This document shows positions 21,031-29,753 of a stretch of 37,139 nt of DNA, piece by piece. A program made the translations under genes and the position numbers. The notes below the pieces were generated by a model that saw only the letters and a program-made list of their open reading frames with translations, was not told the origin of the DNA and made no database searches. Each line of letters starts with the position of its first letter. Position 1 is the stretch's first letter. The DNA is from Phyllobacteriaceae bacterium. Lineage in GTDB: Bacteria > Pseudomonadota > Alphaproteobacteria > Rhizobiales > Ancalomicrobiaceae. The DNA is taken from assembly GCA_012517025.1 (NCBI GenBank), contig JAAYVT010000515.1, positions 1 through 37,139 of the forward strand, written 5' to 3'.

Positions 21031-21954
21031 TCAGATCGCGTCGGGGCGTTTTCCGAAGGCTTCCGGCCACGCCGTCTCGAAGACGCGCGTACCGCCCGTC
21101 GGCGTCGGCAGGAGCAGACGCAAGGCATGAAGCATCAGGCGAGGCGCGCTCCCGGCGCGGCCGTAGAGTCGATCGCCGAGAATCGGATGGCCGATTTCGC
21201 CGAGGTGAGCTCTCAGTTGATGTTGACGTCCGGTGTGAGGCGACAGCGCCACCAGCGCCGCCCGGCCGCCGTCGCGGATCTCGACCACCCGGCAGAGGGT
21301 CTCGGCGGCGAGGCCGGCGGGATCGTCGGGGGCGACCGCGACCATACGGCCGCCGCGCGGCGTCTCGATCTTCTTCAGCAGCAGGACGATGGTGAGCTCG
21401 GCCGGGTCGGGCACCCCGGCGACCACGGCGACGTAGGTCTTCTCCACCGCGCGGGAGGCGAAGGCACGGCCGAGGCGGGCGGCCTCGCGGCCGCGCTTGG
21501 CGGCGACGAGCAGGCCGGAGGTGTCCTTGTCGAGGCGATGGACGAGCACCGGGCGCTCGCCCTCGGCGTCGACGAAGCGGGCGAGCAGCCGGTCGAGATC
21601 GTCGTCGGTGCGGGTGCCGGCGTGGACGGCGAGGCCGGCGGGCTTGTCGAGGACGAGGAGATCGTCGTCGGAAAAGAGCGTCATCGCGGCGAGGCGGACG
21701 CGGTCGGCTTCGCTCGGGGCTCGCCTCGCCCCCTCCCCGGCCGCTTGCCCCTCCACCGGCCGACGCGGAGTGGGCTCGGCGATCCGCACCACCTGACCGG
21801 CGGCGAGGGCGTCGCTCGCCCGCGCCTTGCGGCCGTCGACGGTGAGGCGGCCCTGCTTCAGCAACAGCGCGGCGGCGGGCAGGCGTGGGAAATGGACGCG
21901 CAGGAAGCGCTCCAGCCGCATGCCCTTCTCGGAGAGGTGGACGGTGCGTTCCAT
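21031..21954 (-). CDS. RluA/RluC-family pseudouridine synthase, second divergent copy
   Basis: S4-like N-terminus, DKPAGLAVH, HRLDKDTSG (catalytic Asp), TGRQHQLRAH, HPILGD, LMLHA. Confidence 0.9.
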   Translation of the reverse strand: MERTVHLSEKGMRLERFLRVHFPRLPAAALLLKQGRLTVDGRKARASDALAAGQVVRIAEPTPRRPVEGQAAGEGARRAPSEADRVRLAAMTLFSDDDLLVLDKPAGLAVHAGTRTDDDLDRLLARFVDAEGERPVLVHRLDKDTSGLLVAAKRGREAARLGRAFASRAVEKTYVAVVAGVPDPAELTIVLLLKKIETPRGGRMVAVAPDDPAGLAAETLCRVVEIRDGGRAALVALSPHTGRQHQLRAHLGEIGHPILGDRLYGRAGSAPRLMLHALRLLLPTPTGGTRVFETAWPEAFGKRPDAI

Positions 21955-21987
21955 CGGCTGTCCCGACCGGCGAGATCCCCACCCGGC

Positions 21988-22989
21988 TCAGTCGTCCCCG
22001 TCATCGAGATCGGGATCGTAGGACGAGGCGTCGAAGCCGAGCAGGTTCCACGACTGCAGCATGTGCGGGGGCAGCGGCGCGGTGACGTCGATGACGCCCT
22101 TGCCCTTCGGGTGCGGCAGGACGATGCGGCGGGCGAGCAGGTGCAGCTTGTTCTGCATGCCGCCGGGCAGCTCCCAGTCGCGCTTGTCGAAGTACTTCGG
22201 GTCGCCGACGATCGGGTGGCCGATGTGGGCGGTGTGGGCGCGCAGCTGATGGGTGCGGCCGGTGACCGGCTTGAGGCTCAGCCACGCCAGCGTCTGCCCG
22301 GCGGTGTCGACCACCGAATAGTGGGTGAGCGCGTGGCTGGCGCCCTCCTCGCCGTGGCGGGCGATGCGCATCTTCTCGCCGTCCATCTCCTCGTCGCGGG
22401 CGAGCCAAGTGGAGATCTTGCCCTGCTTGGGATGGGGCACGCCGGCGACCAGCGCCCAATAGGTCTTCTTGGCCGAGCGCGAGCGGAACAGGCCGGCGAG
22501 CTCGGCGGCGATGGCGCGGCGCTTGGCGATCACCAGACAGCCGGCGGTGTCCTTGTCGAGACGATGCACCAGCCTCGGCACATTGCCGCGCTTGTCGACG
22601 AGGGCCTGCAGCATGGCGTCGACGTGGCGGTGGACGCCGGAGCCGCCCTGCACCGACAGGCCGGCCGGCTTGTTGATCACCATCACGTCGTCGTCTTCGA
22701 AGAGCGCGAGCGACTTCAGATAGGCGGCGTCGCCCTCGAGCGGCTTCTCGACGGGGGCGCGCTCGACGACGTGTTTGGCGTCGGTGGCGAGCGGCGGCAC
22801 GCGGACGAGGTTGCCCGGCTCGATGCGGGAGGAGGTGTCGCAACGCTTGCCGTCGAGACGCACTTGGCCGGTCCGCGTCAGCTTCTGCAGCTGCACGAAG
22901 GACAGGCCCGGATAATGGATCTTGAACCAACGGTCGAGGCGGAGACCACCCTCCTCCTCGCCGACGGTGATGGTCTCGACGGTCGCCAT
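21988..22989 (-). CDS. rluC: 23S rRNA pseudouridine synthase, RluC-like
   Basis: RLDRWF S4 domain, NKPAGLSVQGG, HRLDKDTAG, TGRTHQLRAH, HPIVGD, APLPPHM; GAGG RBS before ATG 22989. Confidence 0.88.
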   Translation of the reverse strand: MATVETITVGEEEGGLRLDRWFKIHYPGLSFVQLQKLTRTGQVRLDGKRCDTSSRIEPGNLVRVPPLATDAKHVVERAPVEKPLEGDAAYLKSLALFEDDDVMVINKPAGLSVQGGSGVHRHVDAMLQALVDKRGNVPRLVHRLDKDTAGCLVIAKRRAIAAELAGLFRSRSAKKTYWALVAGVPHPKQGKISTWLARDEEMDGEKMRIARHGEEGASHALTHYSVVDTAGQTLAWLSLKPVTGRTHQLRAHTAHIGHPIVGDPKYFDKRDWELPGGMQNKLHLLARRIVLPHPKGKGVIDVTAPLPPHMLQSWNLLGFDASSYDPDLDDGDD

Positions 22990-23165
22990 GAAACTCGTTC
23001 CTCGGTCGCCCTCGTCATGACCGAAAGCGCCGTGCGGCGCAAGGCGAGAACGCGTCCGAGGCGCGGCGGCGAGCGCCGTCTCCCTCGGCGGAAGCGGTGA
23101 TCGCCACACACACTCGCCGCCCCAAGGCGCCTCGGGAGGCGGCGGGCCGACCGCCGGCGGGTCGC

Positions 23166-23430
23166 CGAGAAATCGCTCGAAGGACTTCGACTTCAGAATC
23201 CGATTCGACCGCGCGTCTTCGGAAATCGATTCACCGCGTCTTCATCCTCGCCCGTCGGGTTCACGCGAATTCCGCCCCGCGGAAGTTCATGTATCGAGTC
23301 CGCCCGGCGGCGAAAACGATTCCGGAAATCGCGCCAAGTGCTCGAGCCGGAATCGTTTTCGCCGCCGACTTCAAGTATCGATTAAACGCGAAGGAGCGGG
23401 CTCGGGCGGCAACTTCATCCATCGATTCCG
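23166..23430. repeat. Composite non-coding element: five iterated 17-mers and a perfect 21-bp inverted repeat
   Basis: ACTTCA-N3-ATCGATTC-like copies at 23190, 23216, 23284, 23368 and 23412; inverted repeat arms 23305-23325 and 23347-23367; boundaries approximate. Confidence 0.75.
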
Positions 23431-23449
23431 CTCGAAGACGGCGTCGACC

Positions 23450-23851
23450 TCACGTCGCACTCCAACCGCGCACGACCACCAGGGCGGCGGTGAGGACGGC
23501 GAGCGAGAGCACCACCGAGCCGACCGCGTAGACGATCGCGGTCACCGTCGCGCCCCTCTCCCACAGCGCGACGGTGTCGAGCGAATAGGCGGAGAAGGTG
23601 GTGAAGCCGCCGAGGATGCCGGTCATGAAGAACAGCCGGAAGGCGTCGTGGTTCTGCCCCGGAGTGCGGGTCATCAGGTAACCGGCGAAGGCGCCCATCA
23701 CCGTCGAGCCGATCACGTTGACCAGGAACGTGCCCCAGGGAAAGCCGGCGCCGAGGACCCGCAGCGCGGCGAGCGTCACGCCGTAGCGCAGGCTGGAGCC
23801 GAAGCCGCCACCGAGGAAGACGAGGACGAGGAGTTTCAACTGAAGCGGCAT
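23450..23851 (-). CDS. crcB: Fluoride efflux channel Fluc/CrcB
   Basis: GGGFGSSLRY, PWGTFLVNVIGS, TGILGGFTTFSAY; GGAGAG RBS before ATG 23851. Confidence 0.95.
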   Translation of the reverse strand: MPLQLKLLVLVFLGGGFGSSLRYGVTLAALRVLGAGFPWGTFLVNVIGSTVMGAFAGYLMTRTPGQNHDAFRLFFMTGILGGFTTFSAYSLDTVALWERGATVTAIVYAVGSVVLSLAVLTAALVVVRGWSAT

Positions 23852-24036
23852 CGGGCTCTCCGAGGACTGGCGCGATCTCCCTTCCATGCCCCCTCCGGGC
23901 GACGGAGTCACGCCCGTAGGCCGGGCAAGCCGCCCGCGCGGCGGGCACCTTCCTTGACAGCGGCGAGCGGGCTCCGCAAAACGGGCGCGGTCGGCCGCCG
24001 GCCGATCCATCGCCCTCGTCGTCCGGAATCCGAGAC

Positions 24037-24774
24037 GTGCCCGACTTCGCCGCGCCGACCTCCGGCGGCGCCCCGGCCGGCCCGACCGCGCCGCGCCAGA
24101 TCATTTCCTTCGAGGCCGTGACGGTCGAGCGCGAAGGCCGACGCGCCCTCGACGCGGTGACGCTCGCCCTCGACGATCGCCGCGTCGGCCTCGTCGGGCT
24201 CAACGGCTCGGGCAAGACGACGCTGCTCAAATGCATCGTCGGGCTGGTCGCGCCGAGCGCCGGACGGGTCCGCGTCGACGGCCGCGATCCGGCGAGCGAG
24301 GCCCGTGCGGTGCGGGCGACGACCGGCCTGCTGTTCCAGAACCCGGACAATCAGATCGTCTTCCCGATCGTCGCCGAGGATCTCGCCTTCGGGCTGAAGA
24401 ACCACGGCTGGGGCCGGGCGGAGACGGCCGAGCGGGTCGCCGTCGCGCTCGCCCGGCTCGGCATCGAGGGCCTCGCCGCCCGCCGCATCCACGAACTCTC
24501 CGGCGGCGAGAAGCAGCTCGTCGCGCTCGCCGGCCTGTTGGCGGTGGCGCCGAAGACGGTGCTGTTCGACGAACCGACCTCGCAGCTCGACCTCAGGAAC
24601 CGCAACCGCCTCGTCCGCCTGCTCGCCGAGTTGCCGGAACAGGCGATCGTGATCAGTCACGATCTCGACCTGCTCGCCGACTTCGACCGGGTGGTCGTGC
24701 TCGAGCAGGGGCGCGTCGCCTTCGACGGCGATCCGGCGAGAGCGATCGCCTTCCATCGCGAGCGCTCGGCATGA
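24037..24774 (+). CDS. bioM: ECF transporter ATPase (BioM)
   Basis: GLNGSGKTT, FQNPDNQI, LSGGEKQ, FDEPT, ISHD; upstream of bioN and bioY; exact start uncertain. Confidence 0.85.
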   Translation: MPDFAAPTSGGAPAGPTAPRQIISFEAVTVEREGRRALDAVTLALDDRRVGLVGLNGSGKTTLLKCIVGLVAPSAGRVRVDGRDPASEARAVRATTGLLFQNPDNQIVFPIVAEDLAFGLKNHGWGRAETAERVAVALARLGIEGLAARRIHELSGGEKQLVALAGLLAVAPKTVLFDEPTSQLDLRNRNRLVRLLAELPEQAIVISHDLDLLADFDRVVVLEQGRVAFDGDPARAIAFHRERSA

Positions 24775-25397
24775 TCGACGGGCTCGGCAGCGCCGGCACC
24801 ACCCCGCTCCATCGGCTGCCGGCCGGGCGCAAGCTCGTCGGCCTCGCCGTCCTCGCCACCGCGCTGTTCGTGATCGAGCAGCCGATCGCCCTGTCGGCGG
24901 CGGCGCTCCTCGGGCTCGCGGTTCTCCGTTCGACCGGGCGCGACCTCGTCGGCATCGGGCGCGACCTGCGCGGGCCGGTGATCGTGATCGCCGCGGTCGG
25001 GCTGGTCGACCTCGCGCTGGTCGACGCCGCCACCGCGCTGGCGGTGGTGCTGCGGCTCCTCGCCCTCGCCTTCCTCGCCCGCGCGGTGGTCGTCACCACC
25101 ACCACCTCGGAGCTGGTCGACGCCTTCGAACGCGGCCTCGCGCCGCTCGACCGGCTCGGCCTCGTCGACGCCGCCCGCGCCTCGCTGACGCTGACGCTGG
25201 CGATCCGCTTCGTGCCGCTGATCGTCGAGGAGGCCGGCGAAATCCGCGAGGCGCAGGCGGCGCGCGGGCTCGGATCGCATCCGCTCGCGATCGTCGTGCC
25301 GTTGGTGGTCAGGACCCTCGTCCGCGCCCAGACGGTCGCCGACGCGATCGACGCGCGGGGGTTTCCTCCGCGCAAGAATTCCAATAAATCCCACTGA
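24771..25397 (+). CDS. bioN: ECF transmembrane T component (BioN)
   Basis: ATGA overlap with bioM; TPLHRLPAGRKL, LAIRFVP, two ARG motifs (AQAARG, AIDARG). Confidence 0.85.
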   Translation: MIDGLGSAGTTPLHRLPAGRKLVGLAVLATALFVIEQPIALSAAALLGLAVLRSTGRDLVGIGRDLRGPVIVIAAVGLVDLALVDAATALAVVLRLLALAFLARAVVVTTTTSELVDAFERGLAPLDRLGLVDAARASLTLTLAIRFVPLIVEEAGEIREAQAARGLGSHPLAIVVPLVVRTLVRAQTVADAIDARGFPPRKNSNKSH

Positions 25398-25435
25398 GAA
25401 GCATTTGCGAAAAACGAGCCAGGATCCGTCCCCTC

Positions 25436-25990
25436 ATGACCACCCGTGACATCGGCTACGTCGCCCTGTTCGCCGCTCTGATCGTGACGCTCGGCTTGGT
25501 GCCGGCGATCCCGCTGGCCGGCGGCGTGCCGATCACCCTGCAGACGCTCGGCGTGATGCTCGCCGGCCTGATCCTCGGGCCGAAGCGCGGGGCGCTGGCG
25601 GCGCTGGTGGTGGTGGTGCTGGTGGCGGTCGGCCTGCCGGTGCTCGCGGGGGGACGCGGCGGGCTCGGCGTCTTCGCCGGACCGACCGTCGGCTTCCTCG
25701 TCGGCTGGGTGCCGGGCGCCTGGGTCGCCGGCCTCCTCGCGATGCGGCTGGAGCGGCCGGGGGCTTCGATCGTCGCCCGCACCATCGGCCTGACGATCGC
25801 GGCGATCGTCGGCGGCATCGTGGTGGTCTACCTCGGCGGCATCGCCGGACTGACGACGGTGGTGAAGCTGCCGCTCGCCAAGGCGTTCTGGGTGTCGCTG
25901 CCGTTCGTGCCGGGCGATCTGATCAAGGCGGTGGTGGCGGCGCTGGTCACCGTCAAGGTGCGCGACGCCTTCGCCCTCGATCGGGTGTGA
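25436..25990 (+). CDS. bioY: Biotin transporter S component BioY
   Basis: VPITLQTLGV, GLPVLAGGRGG, GPTVGFL, PFVPGDLIK. Confidence 0.93.
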   Translation: MTTRDIGYVALFAALIVTLGLVPAIPLAGGVPITLQTLGVMLAGLILGPKRGALAALVVVVLVAVGLPVLAGGRGGLGVFAGPTVGFLVGWVPGAWVAGLLAMRLERPGASIVARTIGLTIAAIVGGIVVVYLGGIAGLTTVVKLPLAKAFWVSLPFVPGDLIKAVVAALVTVKVRDAFALDRV

Positions 25991-26002
25991 TCGCGGCCGC
26001 GA

Positions 26003-27313
26003 TCAGCTCTCGCCGCGCTCGCGCCGGAGCTTCGCCCACCAGTCGAGCCGCTTCCTGATCTCGCGCTCGAAGCCGCGCTCGGGCGGGTCATAGAAGCGCA
26101 GGCGGCCGAGCTTTTCGGGGAAGTAGTTCTGCCCCGAAAAGGCGTCGGGCTCGTCGTGGTCGTAGCGATAGCCGTCCGAATAGCCCTCGGCCTTCATCAG
26201 CTTGGTCGGGGCGTTGAGGATGTGCTTCGGGGGGGCGAGCGAGCCGCCCTCCTTGGCCGCCCGCATCGCCGCCTTCAGCGCCATGTAGACGCCGTTCGAC
26301 TTCGGGGCGGTGGCGACGTAGACCAACGCCTCGGCGATCGCCAACTCGCCCTCGGGGCTGCCGAGAAAGTCGAAGGCGTCCTTGGCGGCGCTCGCCACGA
26401 CCAAGGCCTGCGGATCGGCGAGGCCGACGTCCTCCACCGCCATCCGCACGATGCGGCGGGCGAGATAAAGCCGATCCTCGCCGGCGTCGAGCATGCGGGC
26501 GAAATAGTAGAGGGCCGCGTCGGGATCCGATCCGCGCACCGACTTGTGCAGCGCCGACATCAGATTGTAGTGGCCGTCCTGGCTCTTGTCGTAGAGCGGC
26601 GCGCGGCGCTGGACCACGTCCGCCAGGGTCGCGGCGTCGAAGGTCTCGCCGTCGCGGGCGGCGCGGACGACGTCTTCGGCGAGCGTCAGGGCGGCGCGGC
26701 CGTCGCCATCGGCCATGCGCACCAGCAGGGCGCGCGCCTCCGCGTCGAGCGGCAGGGTGTGGCCGAGCTCGGCCTCGGCGCGGCCGAGCAGCTTGTCGAT
26801 CGCCGCTTCGTCGAGCGATTTGAACACCAGGACGTGGGCGCGGGAGAGCAACGCCGCGTTGATCTCGAAGCTCGGGTTTTCGGTGGTGGCGCCGACCAGC
26901 ACGACCGTGCCGTCCTCGACCACGGGGAGAAAACTGTCGAGCTGGGCGCGATTGAAGCGATGGATTTCGTCGACGAACAGCAGCGTGCCGCGCCCCATCG
27001 AACGACGGCCGCGCGCCGTCTCGAACACCTTCTTCAGATCGGCGACGCCGGAGAAGATCGCCGAGACTTGCTCGAATTCGAGTTCGGTCTCGCCGGCGAG
27101 CAGCCGGGCGACGGTGGTCTTGCCGGTTCCGGGCGGGCCCCAGAAGATCAACGAGCCGAGGCTGCCGGAGCGCAGCATGCGGGTGATGGTGCCGTCGGGG
27201 CCGACCAGATGATCCTGGCCGACCACCTCGGCGAGCTTCTTCGGCCGCAGCCGATCGGCGAGCGGGCGACGACCGGCGCGGTCGAGACCGGCGGCGGCGA
27301 AGAGATCGCTCAT
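26003..27313 (-). CDS. rarA: Replication-associated recombination protein A (MgsA)
   Basis: PLADRLRP, WGPPGTGKTT, DEIHRFN, ATTENPSF, SALHKSVRGSD, EDVGLADP, YRYDHD. Confidence 0.96.
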   Translation of the reverse strand: MSDLFAAAGLDRAGRRPLADRLRPKKLAEVVGQDHLVGPDGTITRMLRSGSLGSLIFWGPPGTGKTTVARLLAGETELEFEQVSAIFSGVADLKKVFETARGRRSMGRGTLLFVDEIHRFNRAQLDSFLPVVEDGTVVLVGATTENPSFEINAALLSRAHVLVFKSLDEAAIDKLLGRAEAELGHTLPLDAEARALLVRMADGDGRAALTLAEDVVRAARDGETFDAATLADVVQRRAPLYDKSQDGHYNLMSALHKSVRGSDPDAALYYFARMLDAGEDRLYLARRIVRMAVEDVGLADPQALVVASAAKDAFDFLGSPEGELAIAEALVYVATAPKSNGVYMALKAAMRAAKEGGSLAPPKHILNAPTKLMKAEGYSDGYRYDHDEPDAFSGQNYFPEKLGRLRFYDPPERGFEREIRKRLDWWAKLRRERGES

Positions 27314-27340
27314 CGACTTCCCATCTCCCCTCGCCCGTTC

Positions 27341-28762
27341 TCAGCGGAAGGCCAAGCGCAGCGTCTGTCCGTCGCGCACCACGACGATGCGCCACAGCGA
27401 TGCGTCGGAACCGGCGGCGCGCGCCAGCGTCGCCGTCCGGTCGATGGCGACGCCGTTGATCTCGCGTACTACGTCGCCCTTGCGGAAACCGACGCCCTGG
27501 GCGGGCGAGCCGTCGGCGATCGCCGTGATCACCACGCCGGAGAGGTCGAAGGGCAACCGCATCTCCTCGGCGACCGCCGGCGACAGGTTGGCGATCGAAG
27601 CCCCGGCGAAGGGCGAGGCGGCATCGATGGTGCGGGCCTCGCGCGGCGGCGTCTCGGGGGCGGCGCGCGAGGCGATCGACACCTCGATCTTGTGGCCGGC
27701 GCGGATCGCCTCCACCGGCATCGAACCGCCGAGCGGACGGGTGGCGAAGCGGAAGCCGAAGGCGTCGGCGTCGTCGATCTCGCGACCGTCGACGGAGAGC
27801 AGCAGATCGCCGATCTTCAGCCCCGCCTCCTCGGCCGGACCGCCTTTGACGAGGCCGGTGACGAGCGCGCCGACCGGGCGGGAGAGCCCCAGCCCCTCCG
27901 CGACGTCGGCAGTGACGCTCTGCAGCGACGCGCCGAGCCAGGGGCGGCGGACCGTGGTGGCGCCGGATTCCGCCTGCGCCAGCACGAACTTCACCACCGT
28001 CGCCGGAATGGCGAAGCCGATGCCGATCGAGCCGCCGGACGGGGTGTAGATCTGCGAGGGCACACCGACCAGCCGACCGTCGAGATCGACCAGCGCGCCG
28101 CCGGAGTTGCCGGGATTTATCGCCGCGTCGGTCTGGATGAAGTAGTGATAATCGCCCGAGCCGACCTGGGTACGGGCGAGGCCGGAGACGATGCCCTGCG
28201 TCACCGTCTGGCCGACGCCGAAGGGATTGCCGAGCGCCAGCACCAGGTCGCCGACCTGCAGGCTCTCCGAATCGCCGATTTGCGCGAAGGGATAGGTGCC
28301 CTTCTGGCGTATCTTGATCACCGCCACGTCGGTGCGCTCGTCCTTCAACACCACTTCCGCCTCGAACTCGCGCTTGTCGGCGAGCGCCACCTTGACGTCG
28401 GTGGCGTCGCGGATGACGTGCACGTTGGTGACGATCAGGCCGGAGGGATCGACGATGGTGCCGGAGCCGAGCGACGACTGAATGCGCGCCGGCGGCTCCC
28501 CCGCCCCGCCGAAGAACTGGCGGAAGAACGGATCGGCGAAGAGCGGGTTCACCCGCGCCTCGACCTTGCGCGTCGCGTAGACGTTGACGACCGCCGGCGC
28601 CACCGCTTTGACGACCGGCGCGAAGGACAGCGCGACTTCGGCGCGGCTCTGCGGGGCGCGGCTCTGGGTGACCGGCTGGGCCCCGGCCGTGAGCGTGAGC
28701 GAGACGGCGGCGGCGGTCGCGAGGGCGAAGACGACGGCGATACGCGCGGGGAATCGAGCCAT
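27341..28762 (-). CDS. DegP/DegQ (HtrA) periplasmic serine endoprotease with two PDZ domains
   Basis: Signal peptide, SLGSG, TNVHV (His), TDVAV (Asp), QTDAAINPGNSGG (Ser), GIGFAIP; GAGGAGG RBS. Confidence 0.93.
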   Translation of the reverse strand: MARFPARIAVVFALATAAAVSLTLTAGAQPVTQSRAPQSRAEVALSFAPVVKAVAPAVVNVYATRKVEARVNPLFADPFFRQFFGGAGEPPARIQSSLGSGTIVDPSGLIVTNVHVIRDATDVKVALADKREFEAEVVLKDERTDVAVIKIRQKGTYPFAQIGDSESLQVGDLVLALGNPFGVGQTVTQGIVSGLARTQVGSGDYHYFIQTDAAINPGNSGGALVDLDGRLVGVPSQIYTPSGGSIGIGFAIPATVVKFVLAQAESGATTVRRPWLGASLQSVTADVAEGLGLSRPVGALVTGLVKGGPAEEAGLKIGDLLLSVDGREIDDADAFGFRFATRPLGGSMPVEAIRAGHKIEVSIASRAAPETPPREARTIDAASPFAGASIANLSPAVAEEMRLPFDLSGVVITAIADGSPAQGVGFRKGDVVREINGVAIDRTATLARAAGSDASLWRIVVVRDGQTLRLAFR

Positions 28763-28832
28763 GGGGAACCTCCTCGGGTATCCACCGACTTAAGAGATCG
28801 CACCGGTTCTTTCCAGTGCGCGGGGCGGCATG

Positions 28833-28867
28833 GAAGAAACGAAAAGAGGCGACCCGAAGGCCGCCTC
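28833..28867 (-). terminator. Rho-independent terminator after the SDR gene
   Basis: Minus strand GAGGCGGCC-TTCG-GGTCGCCTC followed by TTTTCGTTTCTT. Confidence 0.8.
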
Positions 28868-28895
28868 CTCGTCTCGCGCGCGATCGTCGCCCCGC

Positions 28896-29648
28896 TCAGC
28901 CGGCGGCGAGCGCGGTGAAGATCTGCTCGAGGTTGCCGTTCTTCTCGGCGAAGCGCAGCGGACGGCAGCGTTCGACGATCACCTCCGCCGGCGTCGGCAC
29001 CGCTTCGAGCAGGCTCATCGCCTCCCGGACGAAGTCCTCGAGCGGCATGGCGCGCGGATCGACCGCCTGGGCCGGACCGGTCAGCTCGGTCGCGACGTAG
29101 GGCGGCGCGATCTCGATCGCTTCCACCCCGGTCTCGGCGAGCTGCCGGCGCAGCGACATCGTCCACGAATGCAGCGCCGCCTTGGTCGCCGAATAGGTCG
29201 GATTGGCGAGCTTCGGCACGAAGGCGAGGCCCGAGGTGACGTTCAGGATCGCCGCCTTCGGCTTGGTCAGGAGATGCGGCAGCAGCGCCGCCGTCAGCCG
29301 GATCGGCCCGAGCAGATTGGTGGCGATCGTCGCCTCCGCCGTCGGCAGCCAGTTCGGCGCGTCGAGAAAATCCTCCGACGGCATGATGCCGGCGTTGTTG
29401 AGGACGACGTTCAGGTCCGGATGGGCCGCGACGATCTCCTTGGCGAAGGCCTCGATCGAGACCGGGTCGGCGACGTCGAGCTCCATCGCGACGATGCCGG
29501 GGTTGGCGGCGACGACCGCGTCGAGCGCCGAACGGCGGCGGCTCGCCACGATCACCCGGTTGCCGCGGGCGTGGAAGAGCTCGGCGAAACGCCGGCCGAT
29601 GCCGGTGGCACCGCCGGTGACGAGAATGCAGTTGCCGGTCGTGTCCAT
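28896..29648 (-). CDS. Short-chain dehydrogenase/reductase (DltE-like)
   Basis: TGGATGIG, NNAG, VTSGL, YSATK; GAGGAGG RBS. Confidence 0.92.
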   Translation of the reverse strand: MDTTGNCILVTGGATGIGRRFAELFHARGNRVIVASRRRSALDAVVAANPGIVAMELDVADPVSIEAFAKEIVAAHPDLNVVLNNAGIMPSEDFLDAPNWLPTAEATIATNLLGPIRLTAALLPHLLTKPKAAILNVTSGLAFVPKLANPTYSATKAALHSWTMSLRRQLAETGVEAIEIAPPYVATELTGPAQAVDPRAMPLEDFVREAMSLLEAVPTPAEVIVERCRPLRFAEKNGNLEQIFTALAAG

Positions 29649-29695
29649 GAAGACGTCCTCCTCGGGGATTGATCGAGGCGAAGATAAGCCTCATG

Positions 29696-29747
29696 CTTTC
29701 CATCGGTAAGAAGGCACCTGAAAGATCCATACTCACCGAAAGGAAAG
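29696..29747. promoter_or_regulatory. Putative HxlR-family operator sites in the divergent SDR/HxlR promoter
   Basis: Two imperfect palindromes, CTTTC-N5-GTAAG (29696-29710) and CTCAC-N6-GAAAG (29732-29747), approximately inverted copies of each other. Confidence 0.45.
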
Positions 29748-29753
29748 TGTCGA

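Noticed and set aside
23261-23422. 53-codon minus-strand ORF (MDEVAARARSF...) inside the repeat element, and + strand ORF 23097..23531
   Set aside because: No RBS, atypical codon usage and no recognisable motif; both are better explained by the non-coding repeat structure
23897-23950. GGGCGACGGAGTCACGCCC resembles the 5' half of a fluoride riboswitch near crcB
   Set aside because: It is on the + strand, antisense to crcB, and lacks the downstream TGATG-ACTCC pseudoknot partner; I found no matching motif on the minus strand. A cmsearch with the Rfam fluoride model would settle it.
23954-23982. TTGACA-N17-CAAAAC as a bioMNY promoter
   Set aside because: Perfect -35 but poor -10; too weak to list without TSS data
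28787-28815. CTGGAA-N16-CTTAAGT on the minus strand as an RpoH-like promoter for the DegP/DegQ gene
   Set aside because: Biologically plausible, but several mismatches to consensus make it unsupportable from sequence alone
26156-28918. Very long antisense ORFs (this 920-aa one; also 2921..4720, 6834..8864, 14977..17217, 17291..19276, 21001..23100, 30948..32525)
   Set aside because: Shadow frames opposite well-supported genes, expected in high-GC DNA with few antisense stop codons
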